Assembly (NCBI GenBank): GCA_036401415.1
Contig: DASWVA010000205.1
Location: forward strand, 1 to 27,296
DNA from: Streptosporangiaceae bacterium
GTDB taxonomy: Bacteria > Actinomycetota > Actinomycetes > Streptosporangiales > Streptosporangiaceae
Length of the DNA stretch: 27,296 nt
Reading direction: 5' to 3'
Shown: in pieces, positions 1 through 7,544 of the stretch
Layout: each line of letters opens with the position of its first letter
Numbering within the stretch: the stretch's first letter is position 1
Program-made: the position numbers and the translations under genes
The notes under the pieces: model-generated
Databases searched by the model: none
The model's input: only the letters and a program-made list of their open reading frames with translations
What the model was told of the DNA's origin: nothing

Positions 1-307
1 CGGTGATGGTGGTGGCGAAGTCACGCTGGTTGTTGGTGATGAACGATCGGCGCCGGTGCTGACGGCGGTGGCCAGGTGCGTGGCGTCCGAGGCTCTCAGC
101 CGGTACTTGGTGGCCAGGACGGCAGCGAGCTCGGCCGTAGCCCGGTCGACGGGTCGCAGGTCCAGGCGGCCCAGCAGTCCGGCGAGCGCCCGCACTCATC
201 GGCAGCACGGTCACGTAGTGGTTTGCTCAGAACCTCGGGCAGCAGTAGCACCGAACCCACGCCCACGCCCACGGCGTCGGCTGGGCCGGTGCGTCGAACG
301 CGTCCAT
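1..307 (-). pseudogene. vapC: VapC-like PIN-domain toxin, disrupted; runs off the window edge
   Basis: ATG at 307 overlaps the antitoxin TAA (TAATG). It reads MDAFDA (first PIN acidic motif), then PIN-like segments appear in three frames: GVGSVLLLPEVLSKPLRD / ALAGLLGRLDLRPVDRATAELAAVLATKYRLRASDATHLATAVSTGADR / FITNNQRDF. The ATG frame stops after 26 codons. Apparent deletion near 289 and 1-nt frameshifts near 195 and 43. Confidence 0.72.
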
Positions 308-681
308 TATCCCTGGTCCCGCCCGGCTCTTATCTGGCTGATCAGTTCTTCGGCGCGCTCTGTGGTCAGGCCGGTGTCCGGGGGCAGGGGACTGGCCGCG
401 GCTTCGGTGAGCAACTGGTGAACGCGCGCCGCGTCGTCCAGCGAATCCCCGGCCCGGCGGCTGCGCAGCGCGTCCGGCCGGACCAGGACCGCCACTGGCC
501 GCCCGTGCCTGGTGATCGTGACTTCCTCGCCACCCTCAATCCGGGACAGCAGTTCCGGGAGGCCCAGCAGGCCGGTGAGGATGCGGCCCAGGATGTCCCC
601 ATCGCGGTCGGCCGGCTCTACGGGGCCGGGGGCCGCCTGGTCAAGCAGGCCGGCCAGCCGCGGATTCTCCCCCGACGCCAC
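307..681 (-). CDS. Phd/YefM-family antitoxin (core about 307-561) with a non-native N-terminus
   Basis: LPELLSRIEGGEEVTITRHGRPVAVLVRP is a typical Phd/YefM core, directly upstream of and coupled to a PIN gene. The usual short N-terminal strand-helix is replaced by about 40 unrelated residues. No clear RBS at GTG 681. Confidence 0.7.
   Translation of the reverse strand: MASGENPRLAGLLDQAAPGPVEPADRDGDILGRILTGLLGLPELLSRIEGGEEVTITRHGRPVAVLVRPDALRSRRAGDSLDDAARVHQLLTEAAASPLPPDTGLTTERAEELISQIRAGRDQG
562..681 (-). pseudogene. Possible TetR-family C-terminal remnant fused to the antitoxin
   Basis: VASGENPRLAGLLDQAAPGPVEPADRDGDILGRILTGLLG resembles the last helices of actinobacterial TetR C-terminal domains (G.hP.LA.ll ... 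f..iL.riL.GLl). Pattern recall only. Confidence 0.35.
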
Positions 682-683
682 GG

Positions 684-800
684 GCCGGGTTCGTCGAGCA
701 ATGGCTGGCCCACCCCCGGACCTGGATGACCCGTACTGGGCGCCGCGGCGCGCACCACTGGCCGCGGGCCTGACCCCGCCGGCCAGTCTGCTCTCCGTTT
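684..800 (+). pseudogene. Possible internal fragment of a CocE/NonD (S15) hydrolase
   Basis: AGFVEQWLAHP, then a frameshift in the C-run at 713-717, then DLDDPYWAPRRAPLAAGLT. This resembles the W..HP..DDPYW segment of CocE/NonD hydrolases. No start or complete ORF. Confidence 0.35.
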
Positions 801-860
801 GGGTCCCCGGCTCACTGGTCCGGACCAGCTGACGGTGAGGACGGTCGCGCCGATCGCGGT

Positions 861-883
861 CCGGCTCCTGAGGTGCGAGCCGG
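861..883 (-). terminator. Possible hairpin just downstream of the SDR stop
   Basis: CCGGCTC (861-867) / GAGCCGG (877-883) is a perfect 7-bp inverted repeat with a 9-nt loop, about 10 nt past the TAG at 893. No U-tract. Confidence 0.25.
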
Positions 884-892
884 GGCTGCGGT

Positions 893-1870
893 CTAGGCTG
901 AGCCTTCCTGGCTGAACAGCTCGGCGTAATCGTAGGCGGCGTCGGGCTTGGCTCGGACCGCCGCGTCGATCATGGCGGCGTCCCGGCCGACCAGGATCCG
1001 CCAGGCGCCGGCCCGGATCCCGTCCAGGATGATGGTCGCCGCCCGTGCCGGGGTGAGCGGAGCCTTGTCCCGGAAGTCGTTGACCATCCGGGCCATCGTC
1101 TGGCGAAGCTCCTCCAGCGACGGGTTCTCGGGCAGCAGGCCGGCCTTGGCCAGCCCGGCCCGGGCCCCCGGCGGGAGCAGCTCCGCCAGCTGGGCCCCGG
1201 TCATCTGCCCTGGCCCGGGCAGGCCCCGAGCGCGGAGGCTGTTGGCCACGATGTCCGTGCCCACGTGACCCGGCAGCACGAGGGCCACCCGGACCTGTGG
1301 CGCGTGCGTGCGCAGGTCCTCGATCAGGCTTTCGGTGAAGCCGCGCACCGCGAACTTGGCCGTGGCGTAGGCGCTGTTGGTCATGCCCGGGCCCAACGAC
1401 GCCCACAGGCCGTTCACGCTGCTGGTGTTGACCAGGACCCCGTCGCCGCTGGCGATCAGCAGCGGCAGGAAGGCCCGGGCGCAGTAGTACACGCTCCACC
1501 AGTCGTTGGCGAAGACCCGCTCCCAGTCCTCCCGGGAGTCGTTGACGAAGCTGCTGCCACCCCCGATACCCGCGTTGGCGAACACCAGGTCGACGTGGTC
1601 GCGGCCATGCTGGGCCAGCAACTCGTCGCGGAACCGCAGCACCTGCTCCTCGTCGGAAACGTCGCCCCCGTGACCAGTGACCAGAACCTCCGCGGCGGCG
1701 TTAGCCTGCGCCCGCACCGCGGTCTCGGCGACCTCGTCCGCGTGCCAGTCGCAAGTGGCCACCGAGCATCCCGCCGCCGCCAGCTGGCAGGCCAGCTCGC
1801 GGCCCATCCCGGAGCCGCCCCCCGTCACCACCGCGAGCTTCCCCGCGAACCAGCGGTCTGGCTCTGCCAT
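893..1870 (-). CDS. Classical short-chain dehydrogenase/reductase (SDR), 325 aa
   Basis: TGGGSGMG (TGxxxGxG), FANAG, VNTSS and YATAK (YxxxK). Likely own ATG at 1870, preceded by the purine-rich GGAGTGGTGAG. Confidence 0.9.
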   Translation of the reverse strand: MAEPDRWFAGKLAVVTGGGSGMGRELACQLAAAGCSVATCDWHADEVAETAVRAQANAAAEVLVTGHGGDVSDEEQVLRFRDELLAQHGRDHVDLVFANAGIGGGSSFVNDSREDWERVFANDWWSVYYCARAFLPLLIASGDGVLVNTSSVNGLWASLGPGMTNSAYATAKFAVRGFTESLIEDLRTHAPQVRVALVLPGHVGTDIVANSLRARGLPGPGQMTGAQLAELLPPGARAGLAKAGLLPENPSLEELRQTMARMVNDFRDKAPLTPARAATIILDGIRAGAWRILVGRDAAMIDAAVRAKPDAAYDYAELFSQEGSA

Positions 1871-2596
1871 CTGACTCACCACTCCAACCGGAAGAAGCCC
1901 CGCCAGAAACCCGAGCCCAGCGTATAAGGAGCGGCGCCCCGTCTCCCGGCCACCGAACATGGTGACCGCGGCCAGGCCGGCCGCGAACACGGCAGCCGTG
2001 CACAAGGCCGCGCCGCGGTCACTCGGCGGCCGGGCGGCCCAGACCCAGGGGGTGGCCGGGTGCCCGGTCAGCGCGACCTCGGTGACGATCAGGTAGGCCA
2101 TGGGCCCGGTCCAGCCGAACGTCCCGCCCAGGGCCGCCGCCGACAGCAGGCCCAGGCCGGTGAAACCAGCCAGGTCACGCAGTTGCCCACCGGTCCCGCC
2201 GGGGAGGGTGCCGGCCGCCGCCCCCGCGGTCAGCGCGCCGAAGGCCACTGCGAACAGCACCAGGGCCGTTCCGAGCCGCAGGTACGGCAGCCACCGGCCG
2301 GTGGCCCGCTCCGCCTCCCCGAAGGGCCCGTAGCTGCTGACCGCGACCACGGCGGCCGCACCGGCCTGGACGGTCAGCGTGATCAGCTCCCGGGCGGCCG
2401 GGCCTCCGGCGATACTCCAGTGCCAGTGCAGTGCCGACCACAGCAGGGCGCCCAGAGCCAGCATCAGGGCCAGCGCGGCCGGTAGGCGGCGGCTGACCGC
2501 GTACAGCCAGGCCAGCCGGAGCAGGGCCCGGGCGGCTCCGGCGGCCGGTGCCGGGCCCGCATCGGCGGCCGGATCCCGGACTCCGGCGGTGGTCAC
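1871..2596 (-). CDS. Permease-like membrane protein (about 6 TM) with no stop; the frame continues into the SDR (ORF 893-2596)
   Basis: Several hydrophobic segments. GTG at 2596 overlaps the upstream TGA (GTGA). The hydrophobic domain ends near GLAAVTMFGGRE and is followed by a linker rich in AT-ending codons (TTA, TTT, CTT, GTT, AGT). Confidence 0.7.
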
Positions 2597-4140
2597 GGCA
2601 GCTGCGCCAGGGTGAGCTGACCGGATCGCAGGGCAGCCAGGTGCGCGGCCAGCCAGGCGTGCCGGGCCGCGGACGGCAGCGCCGCCAGCCGGCGGGCTGC
2701 GTCGTAGACCGGCCCCGTGGCCGGAGGCGGGCCGTCGGGGTGGTGCGGGTCGGGGACGGGGGGAGCCCAGGACGGCAGCCCGGTCGAGGACAGCAACGCA
2801 GGCTGCTGGGAGAAGGGAAGGCCTGTGCCCTGGAGCAGCGCCGCCTCGACCGCCTGCTGGGCCCGGGTGCCCCGGCTCTCACCGGCGCCGACGAAGGCGT
2901 GCTCGGCCAGCAGCTGCAACTCGCCGCCGACCTGGCCTCCTGTCGCGCCGAACGCTCCGCTGATGCCGAGCGCGCCCAGCGGGATGCCCAGCACCGCTGG
3001 CTGCCCGCTGATCGTCATGATTTGGCCGCTTCCGCCGTTCGCGGAGTCGTAGACGGCCGGGGTCTGTACAGCCCGGTCCGGTGCGCCGGGCAGACCGGAC
3101 CACTCGCGCACGACCGGCGTCAGGGCCGCGCTCAGGCCGGCCAGGCCGGACTCATACGCCGGGTTGACGCACACCGGCACGCCGGCCGCCCGGCTGCACA
3201 CGGGCGTGTAGCTGAGCGTCCGGTCGTTTGCGGCATCGTGCAGGGCGGGGATGACCACCCCGTGCGGGCCGAGATGGGCCGCGTCCACCAGCCCGATCGC
3301 GGTCCCGGCCAGGGCCAGCCCGGCCACCGTGACCACCGCGGCGGCCCGGCGCAGCGTCCGCCCGCCCGCCCGGGCCGGCAGGCCGGTCAGGCCGAGCAGG
3401 GCCAGTGTCAGGCCGGCCATCAGCATGATCCGGGCGAGCGGCAGGTCCGGCAGGTAGGGGTAGAGCATGCCCGAGTCCGGCTGGAAGTTGCCGTTGGAGT
3501 TGGTGGGCAGGATCCACGCCCAGCCGCTGGTGTCGTTGAACCCGGTCTGCGACGACATGATCAGGGCCAGGAATCCGCCGAACGCGGCCAGCGGCGCCGC
3601 GAACCGGCTGGGAACGAACGCGCCGGCCGCGAACCCGGCCGCGCTGAACGCGGCCACCGCGGCCGCGCCGGCCACTACCCACCACCAGGGCGGCTGGCCC
3701 TGCACGTGCTGGCCCGCGTACACCGCGAACATCGCGCCCACGAAAACCAGGTAGCCCCCGACCGCCCAGATCGCGGTGGCCGCCCAGGTGATGAGCTGCA
3801 CCGTCCAGCGGGGCCGCGCGGTGGTGGTGGCCAGGTCGGTGACGTTGCGCCGGCCGTCGCGGGATCCCATCCAGGCGGCCACGCCCGCCACGAACGGCCC
3901 GAAGTCGATGATCGTGTGCCCCTGGCCCAGGTTCCAGAACGTCTGCAGCACCCACAGCGCCGGCATGGTGGTACTGGGCCGGTAGGAGTCGAACCAGAAC
4001 AGTGCGGCGATCAGCGGCAGCAGCCACGGCATCGTGTTCCGGCGCAGCTCGATGCGCAGCAGCCGCGCCACGCCGACGGGAGCCGCGGTCCGGGTACGCG
4101 GCCGCCGGGCCCGGGCCGGTGCCGCGGCCGCGGTGGTCAT
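2593..4140 (-). CDS. ABC-2-like permease with a large C-terminal soluble (likely extracytoplasmic) domain, 515 aa
   Basis: About 7 hydrophobic helices in the N-terminal ~300 aa (e.g. LLRIELRRNTMPWLLPLIAALFW), then a soluble domain with a Cys pair (PVCSRAAGVPVCVNPAY). ATGA overlap with the ABC ATPase stop. Confidence 0.8.
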   Translation of the reverse strand: MTTAAAAPARARRPRTRTAAPVGVARLLRIELRRNTMPWLLPLIAALFWFDSYRPSTTMPALWVLQTFWNLGQGHTIIDFGPFVAGVAAWMGSRDGRRNVTDLATTTARPRWTVQLITWAATAIWAVGGYLVFVGAMFAVYAGQHVQGQPPWWWVVAGAAAVAAFSAAGFAAGAFVPSRFAAPLAAFGGFLALIMSSQTGFNDTSGWAWILPTNSNGNFQPDSGMLYPYLPDLPLARIMLMAGLTLALLGLTGLPARAGGRTLRRAAAVVTVAGLALAGTAIGLVDAAHLGPHGVVIPALHDAANDRTLSYTPVCSRAAGVPVCVNPAYESGLAGLSAALTPVVREWSGLPGAPDRAVQTPAVYDSANGGSGQIMTISGQPAVLGIPLGALGISGAFGATGGQVGGELQLLAEHAFVGAGESRGTRAQQAVEAALLQGTGLPFSQQPALLSSTGLPSWAPPVPDPHHPDGPPPATGPVYDAARRLAALPSAARHAWLAAHLAALRSGQLTLAQLP

Positions 4141-4922
4141 GACCGCACCGCCAGCCCGGAGCGGGCCGCGGCCAGGACCGCGCTGTAGCCCCGTTCCAGT
4201 GGGGCGTCCCCGGCCGCGCCGGTGCCCTCACCGCGGCCGGCCAATGCGGCCGGGGTGCCGTGGAAGACGATCTTCCCGGCCTCCATCAGCGCGACCTGCG
4301 CGCAGGCCGCGCCGACGTCCTCGACCAGGTGTGTGGAGACCACCACCGCGGCGTGCTGGCCCAGGTCGCGCAGCAGGGCCCGGAACGCGACCCGCTGCTC
4401 CGGGTCGAGGCCAGCCGTCGGCTCGTCCAGCAGCAGCAGGTCCGGGTCGTTGACCACCGCCTGGGCGATGCCGGCCCGCCGCAGCATGCCGCCGGACAGC
4501 GTGCGCAGCTTGGCCCGGGCCTGGTCGCCCAGCCCGACGTGGTCGATGGCGGTCGCCACCGCGCGCGGTACCCGGGCCGGTGGCATGTCCTTGAGCAGTG
4601 CGAAGTACTCCACGAACTCGGCCACTGTGAAGCCGGGGTAGTAGCCCAGGTTCTGCGGCAGGTAACCGAGCCGCCGCCGGATGTCCCTCCGCGGCCCGGC
4701 CGCGCCGGGATCCCGGCCGAGCAGCCGCAGCTGGCCCGAGGAGGGCGGCAGCACGGTCGCCATCATCCGCAGCAGCGAGGTCTTGCCCGCCCCGTTCGGC
4801 CCGAGCAGCCCGAACACCCCGGGCCCGGTGTCCAGGCTCACCCCGGCCACCGCCTGGGTCCGGCCGAACCGGCGGGTCACCCCGGACAGCTCTATGCTGA
4901 GCGGTTCCGTAGTCATGGTCAT
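4137..4922 (-). CDS. ABC transporter ATP-binding subunit (export/drug-resistance type), 261 aa
   Basis: Walker A GPNGAGKTS, Q-loop LPQN, signature LSGGM, Walker B LLLLDEPT, H-loop VSTH. ATG at 4922 overlaps the upstream TGA (ATGA). The longer ORF-track start at 5549 is a shadow extension. Confidence 0.95.
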   Translation of the reverse strand: MTMTTEPLSIELSGVTRRFGRTQAVAGVSLDTGPGVFGLLGPNGAGKTSLLRMMATVLPPSSGQLRLLGRDPGAAGPRRDIRRRLGYLPQNLGYYPGFTVAEFVEYFALLKDMPPARVPRAVATAIDHVGLGDQARAKLRTLSGGMLRRAGIAQAVVNDPDLLLLDEPTAGLDPEQRVAFRALLRDLGQHAAVVVSTHLVEDVGAACAQVALMEAGKIVFHGTPAALAGRGEGTGAAGDAPLERGYSAVLAAARSGLAVRS

Positions 4923-5632
4923 GGTCTGGTCCCTCCGGGAATCCGGGTGGTGTACAGCACCACCGCGATACAGGCGGCCGCGACGGCCAGGTAGGGCGCG
5001 ATCAGGCCGGTGCTGGTGATGGTGAGCGTGAGGCGCCCGGCCACCTGGCCGGACAGCAGCGTGATGGCCCAGGCGGCAAGGGCCGCCGCTACGCCCGTGA
5101 AGGGCGACCGGGACACGGTCGCCGTGGCCAGCGCCAGCGCGCTGACCGCGGTCATCGGCACCAGCCAGCCCAAGGTCACCTCGGCCGCCGCCCCAGAGGC
5201 GGCCGAGGCGGCCAGGCCGAGCACGGCGTTCAGCGCGAACACGGCCAGGGCCCGGACCAGCAGCACCATCCGGTCGCTGACCGCCATGCTCTGGGACAGT
5301 TCCCAGGCCGGGTCGATCCCTGGCCCGTACGCGAAGGCGATGCCGATGCCCGCGACCGCGGGGGCGACGCAGGCCACGTACGGCGTGCCGGTCCCCAGCG
5401 TGGCCGCCGCCCCGACGGCCAGCACGACGACACTGGCGATCACCCAGCCGAGCAGCAGCGACGGCGTGGTCACCAGCGCCCGGGCCAGCCCCGGCGACCG
5501 GAGCAGCCGCCCGGCCAGCCGCTCCGTCGGCCCCGGCTGCCGCCGCCATACCTCGGCCGCCACCCCGAGCCAGGCCCGGTCCAGGTCGACGTCAGCCGGT
5601 CCCGGGCCGTCATCCTCGAAGTCGCTGATCAC
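4919..5632 (-). CDS. Putative membrane-bound anti-sigma factor, 237 aa
   Basis: GTG at 5632 overlaps the sigma TGA. Short soluble N-terminus (DVDLDRAWLGVAAEVW) followed by about 6 TM helices, directly downstream of the ECF sigma. No HxxxCxxC motif. Confidence 0.72.
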   Translation of the reverse strand: MISDFEDDGPGPADVDLDRAWLGVAAEVWRRQPGPTERLAGRLLRSPGLARALVTTPSLLLGWVIASVVVLAVGAAATLGTGTPYVACVAPAVAGIGIAFAYGPGIDPAWELSQSMAVSDRMVLLVRALAVFALNAVLGLAASAASGAAAEVTLGWLVPMTAVSALALATATVSRSPFTGVAAALAAWAITLLSGQVAGRLTLTITSTGLIAPYLAVAAACIAVVLYTTRIPGGTRP

Positions 5633-6186
5633 AGGCCTTTCCCCTCCCGCGTCACCGGGTCCGGCCGCAGGGCCGCCCGCAGCAGCCGGCGGGCCCGGTG
5701 CGCCCGGCTCTTCACCGTGCCCTCCGGGAGCCCGGTCAGCTGCGCCACCTCCGCCACCGGCCGGTCTTCGACGTACACCAGCCGCCAGATCTCCCGGGCC
5801 GCGCTCCCGGCCGGCCCGAGCGCGTTGACCGCCCGCTCCAGATCGGCCCGGGACACGGCGGCCTGCGCCGGGTCCGCGGCCGTGCCTTCGTCCGCCGCCA
5901 CCAGCGCGGGCAGCGGCAGTGTGGCCGTGCCCCGCCGGCGCAGCAGCAGCGCGGCCTGCCGCCGGGCGATACCCCAGGTCCAGCCGCCCGCTGCCCCCTC
6001 GGGCCGGTAACTCTTCGCCCCCCGCCACACCGCGAGAAACGTCTCCTGCAGCACATCCTCGACGTCGGCGGCCGGCAGCACGCTCCGCAGGCGCGCGGCC
6101 AGCCACGGCGCGTGCCGGGCGAACAGTTCCCGCAGCGCCGCATCGTCGCCCGCTGCCACCGCCGCGAGCAGTCCGTCGTCGTCCAT
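5629..6186 (-). CDS. ECF (group 4) sigma-70 factor, 185 aa
   Basis: Region 2 (ALRELFARHAPWL...DVEDVLQETFLAVWR...WTWGIARR) and region 4 HTH (EDRPVAEVAQLTGLPEGTVKSRAHRARRLLR). Start is ATG 6186 (preferred) or GTG 6225. Confidence 0.93.
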   Translation of the reverse strand: MDDDGLLAAVAAGDDAALRELFARHAPWLAARLRSVLPAADVEDVLQETFLAVWRGAKSYRPEGAAGGWTWGIARRQAALLLRRRGTATLPLPALVAADEGTAADPAQAAVSRADLERAVNALGPAGSAAREIWRLVYVEDRPVAEVAQLTGLPEGTVKSRAHRARRLLRAALRPDPVTREGKGL

Positions 6187-6191
6187 CGCTT

Positions 6192-6291
6192 CTCTATTGC
6201 GCCCGAGCCCTCGCCGGTTCACCACCCCGGCGCAAATATTGCCCGCACCGGGGCCGGGGCGGCCAGCCGGTCCTGACCTCGGGGAATAGAG
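6192..6291. promoter_or_regulatory. Mirrored divergent promoter-like motifs A(A/G)CCGG-N6/7-CTCGGG-N3/1-AATAGAG
   Basis: Minus copy aaccgg-cgaggg-ctcggg-cgc-AATAGAG ends 5 nt before ATG 6186. Plus copy agccgg-tcctgac-ctcggg-g-AATAGAG (6265-6291) ends 7 nt before GTG 6299. Confidence 0.35.
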
Positions 6292-6298
6292 TTTGCCT

Positions 6299-6796
6299 GT
6301 GACAAACGTTGCTCTGCCGCCCAGCTCCGTGGGCCGGGCCTTTCACGAGGAACTCGGCCCGGGCCAGCAATCCGCCCTGGTCAGCTGGCTGGCGTTCACC
6401 GGGACGTTCGCCGGGCTGCGCGGGCTCACCTACGGCATCCGCACCGGCAAAGGGCCGTTCCGCAACATCAGCGTCGGCGGTGAGCACCTGCACCACTACC
6501 TGTGGGGCATCGGCCTGCTGTCCGGGGTCGGTGCGGTCGCGGTCCGCGGCGAGGAACGGCACCGCCGTCATCCGGCCGTCGGCGTCAGCTACGGCAGCGG
6601 CATGGCGCTCATCGTGGACGAGTTCGCCCTGCTGATCGACCTGCGGGACGTCTACTGGGCCAAGCAGGGCCGGATCTCGGTCGACGTCGGTGTCGGCGGT
6701 ATCGCCGCCGCCGGGTCGTACTTCGCGGCGTTGCCGGTGCTCCGCCGCCTGCGCCGGGAACGCCGGGAGCGCAGGCAGCAGCAACGTCAGGGGTAG
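6299..6796 (+). CDS. Conserved-type integral membrane protein with HLHH and DE/DVYW motifs
   Basis: About 4 hydrophobic segments, GEHLHHYLWG, IVDEFALL, DVYWAKQGRISVD and an Arg-rich C-terminal tail. Start is GTG 6299 or TTG 6293. Confidence 0.8.
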   Translation: MTNVALPPSSVGRAFHEELGPGQQSALVSWLAFTGTFAGLRGLTYGIRTGKGPFRNISVGGEHLHHYLWGIGLLSGVGAVAVRGEERHRRHPAVGVSYGSGMALIVDEFALLIDLRDVYWAKQGRISVDVGVGGIAAAGSYFAALPVLRRLRRERRERRQQQRQG

Positions 6797-6909
6797 GACG
6801 CGGGAAGTCCAGCCGGGTCACGCCCGCCGCCCGCGAACGTGACCACCGACCAGAGCAGGACCGCGCCGGGATAACCGCCCGGGAGCTGGCTGCCCGGTTG
6901 ATACCGGCC

Positions 6910-6980
6910 CGGCTCGGTGTGACCGCCCCGTTCTGGTTCGCCTTCGCCGGCCGGGCCATCATCCTGGTCCTGATCTGGCC
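6910..6980 (+). pseudogene. Possible C-terminal remnant of an MFS transporter
   Basis: ARLGVTAPFWFAFAGRAIILVLIW resembles the last TM helix of actinobacterial MFS exporters. It has no start codon and overlaps the phosphatase 3' end antisense. Pattern recall only. Confidence 0.3.
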
Positions 6981-7501
6981 TTCGCGGCCGCGGCCAGCCA
7001 CTGTTCGACGCTGCGCAGGTACGCCGGGACCAGTTCGGCCTGGGGGCGGTAGCGGAGCACCAGCGCGGCCGCCCCGGTACGGTCGTGCCCGCGCAGCCGC
7101 AGCACCGCGTAGCTGACCATGGCCGAACGGCGCCGGCCCATGGTGCAGTGGATCAGCACGCCCGCCTGCGGCTGGTCGTCCAGCACCTCCGCGGCGAAGC
7201 GCGCCGCCTGCGACCAGGTCGCAGGGCGCTGCCGCAGACCGTGGTCCTGCATCGGCGCGTGCGCCACCCGCCCGCGCCCGAACGCCGCCCGCTCGGCGGC
7301 CAGATCGCCGGACCACCACACGTCCGCCCGCGGCCGGCAGTTGACGACGTGGGTCACGCCCTGCTCGGCCAGGCCTGCCACCGCGGCGGGCGGCGGCACG
7401 GCGCTGATCGCGATGCGCTCGTCCCCGATCCAGCTCAGCGCCGGACGGCCCGCCTCGGGCCCGGTCAGGCCGCCCGCGCGCACGCTCCGCAGCACTTTCA
7501 T
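6959..7501 (-). CDS. Dual-specificity / protein-tyrosine phosphatase family protein, 180 aa
   Basis: Catalytic loop IHCTMGRRRS (HCxxGxxRS), general-acid loop PMQDHG, GVTHVVNC. GGAGG RBS upstream of ATG 7501. Confidence 0.87.
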   Translation of the reverse strand: MKVLRSVRAGGLTGPEAGRPALSWIGDERIAISAVPPPAAVAGLAEQGVTHVVNCRPRADVWWSGDLAAERAAFGRGRVAHAPMQDHGLRQRPATWSQAARFAAEVLDDQPQAGVLIHCTMGRRRSAMVSYAVLRLRGHDRTGAAALVLRYRPQAELVPAYLRSVEQWLAAAAKARSGPG

Positions 7502-7544
7502 GCCCGCCTCCGACCTCACCGTAATACAGCCGCCCGCTGCGGGC

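Noticed and set aside
255-273. CCCACG hexamer repeated three times
   Set aside because: Encodes VGVGVG inside the PIN remnant; too short for a CRISPR or contingency repeat.
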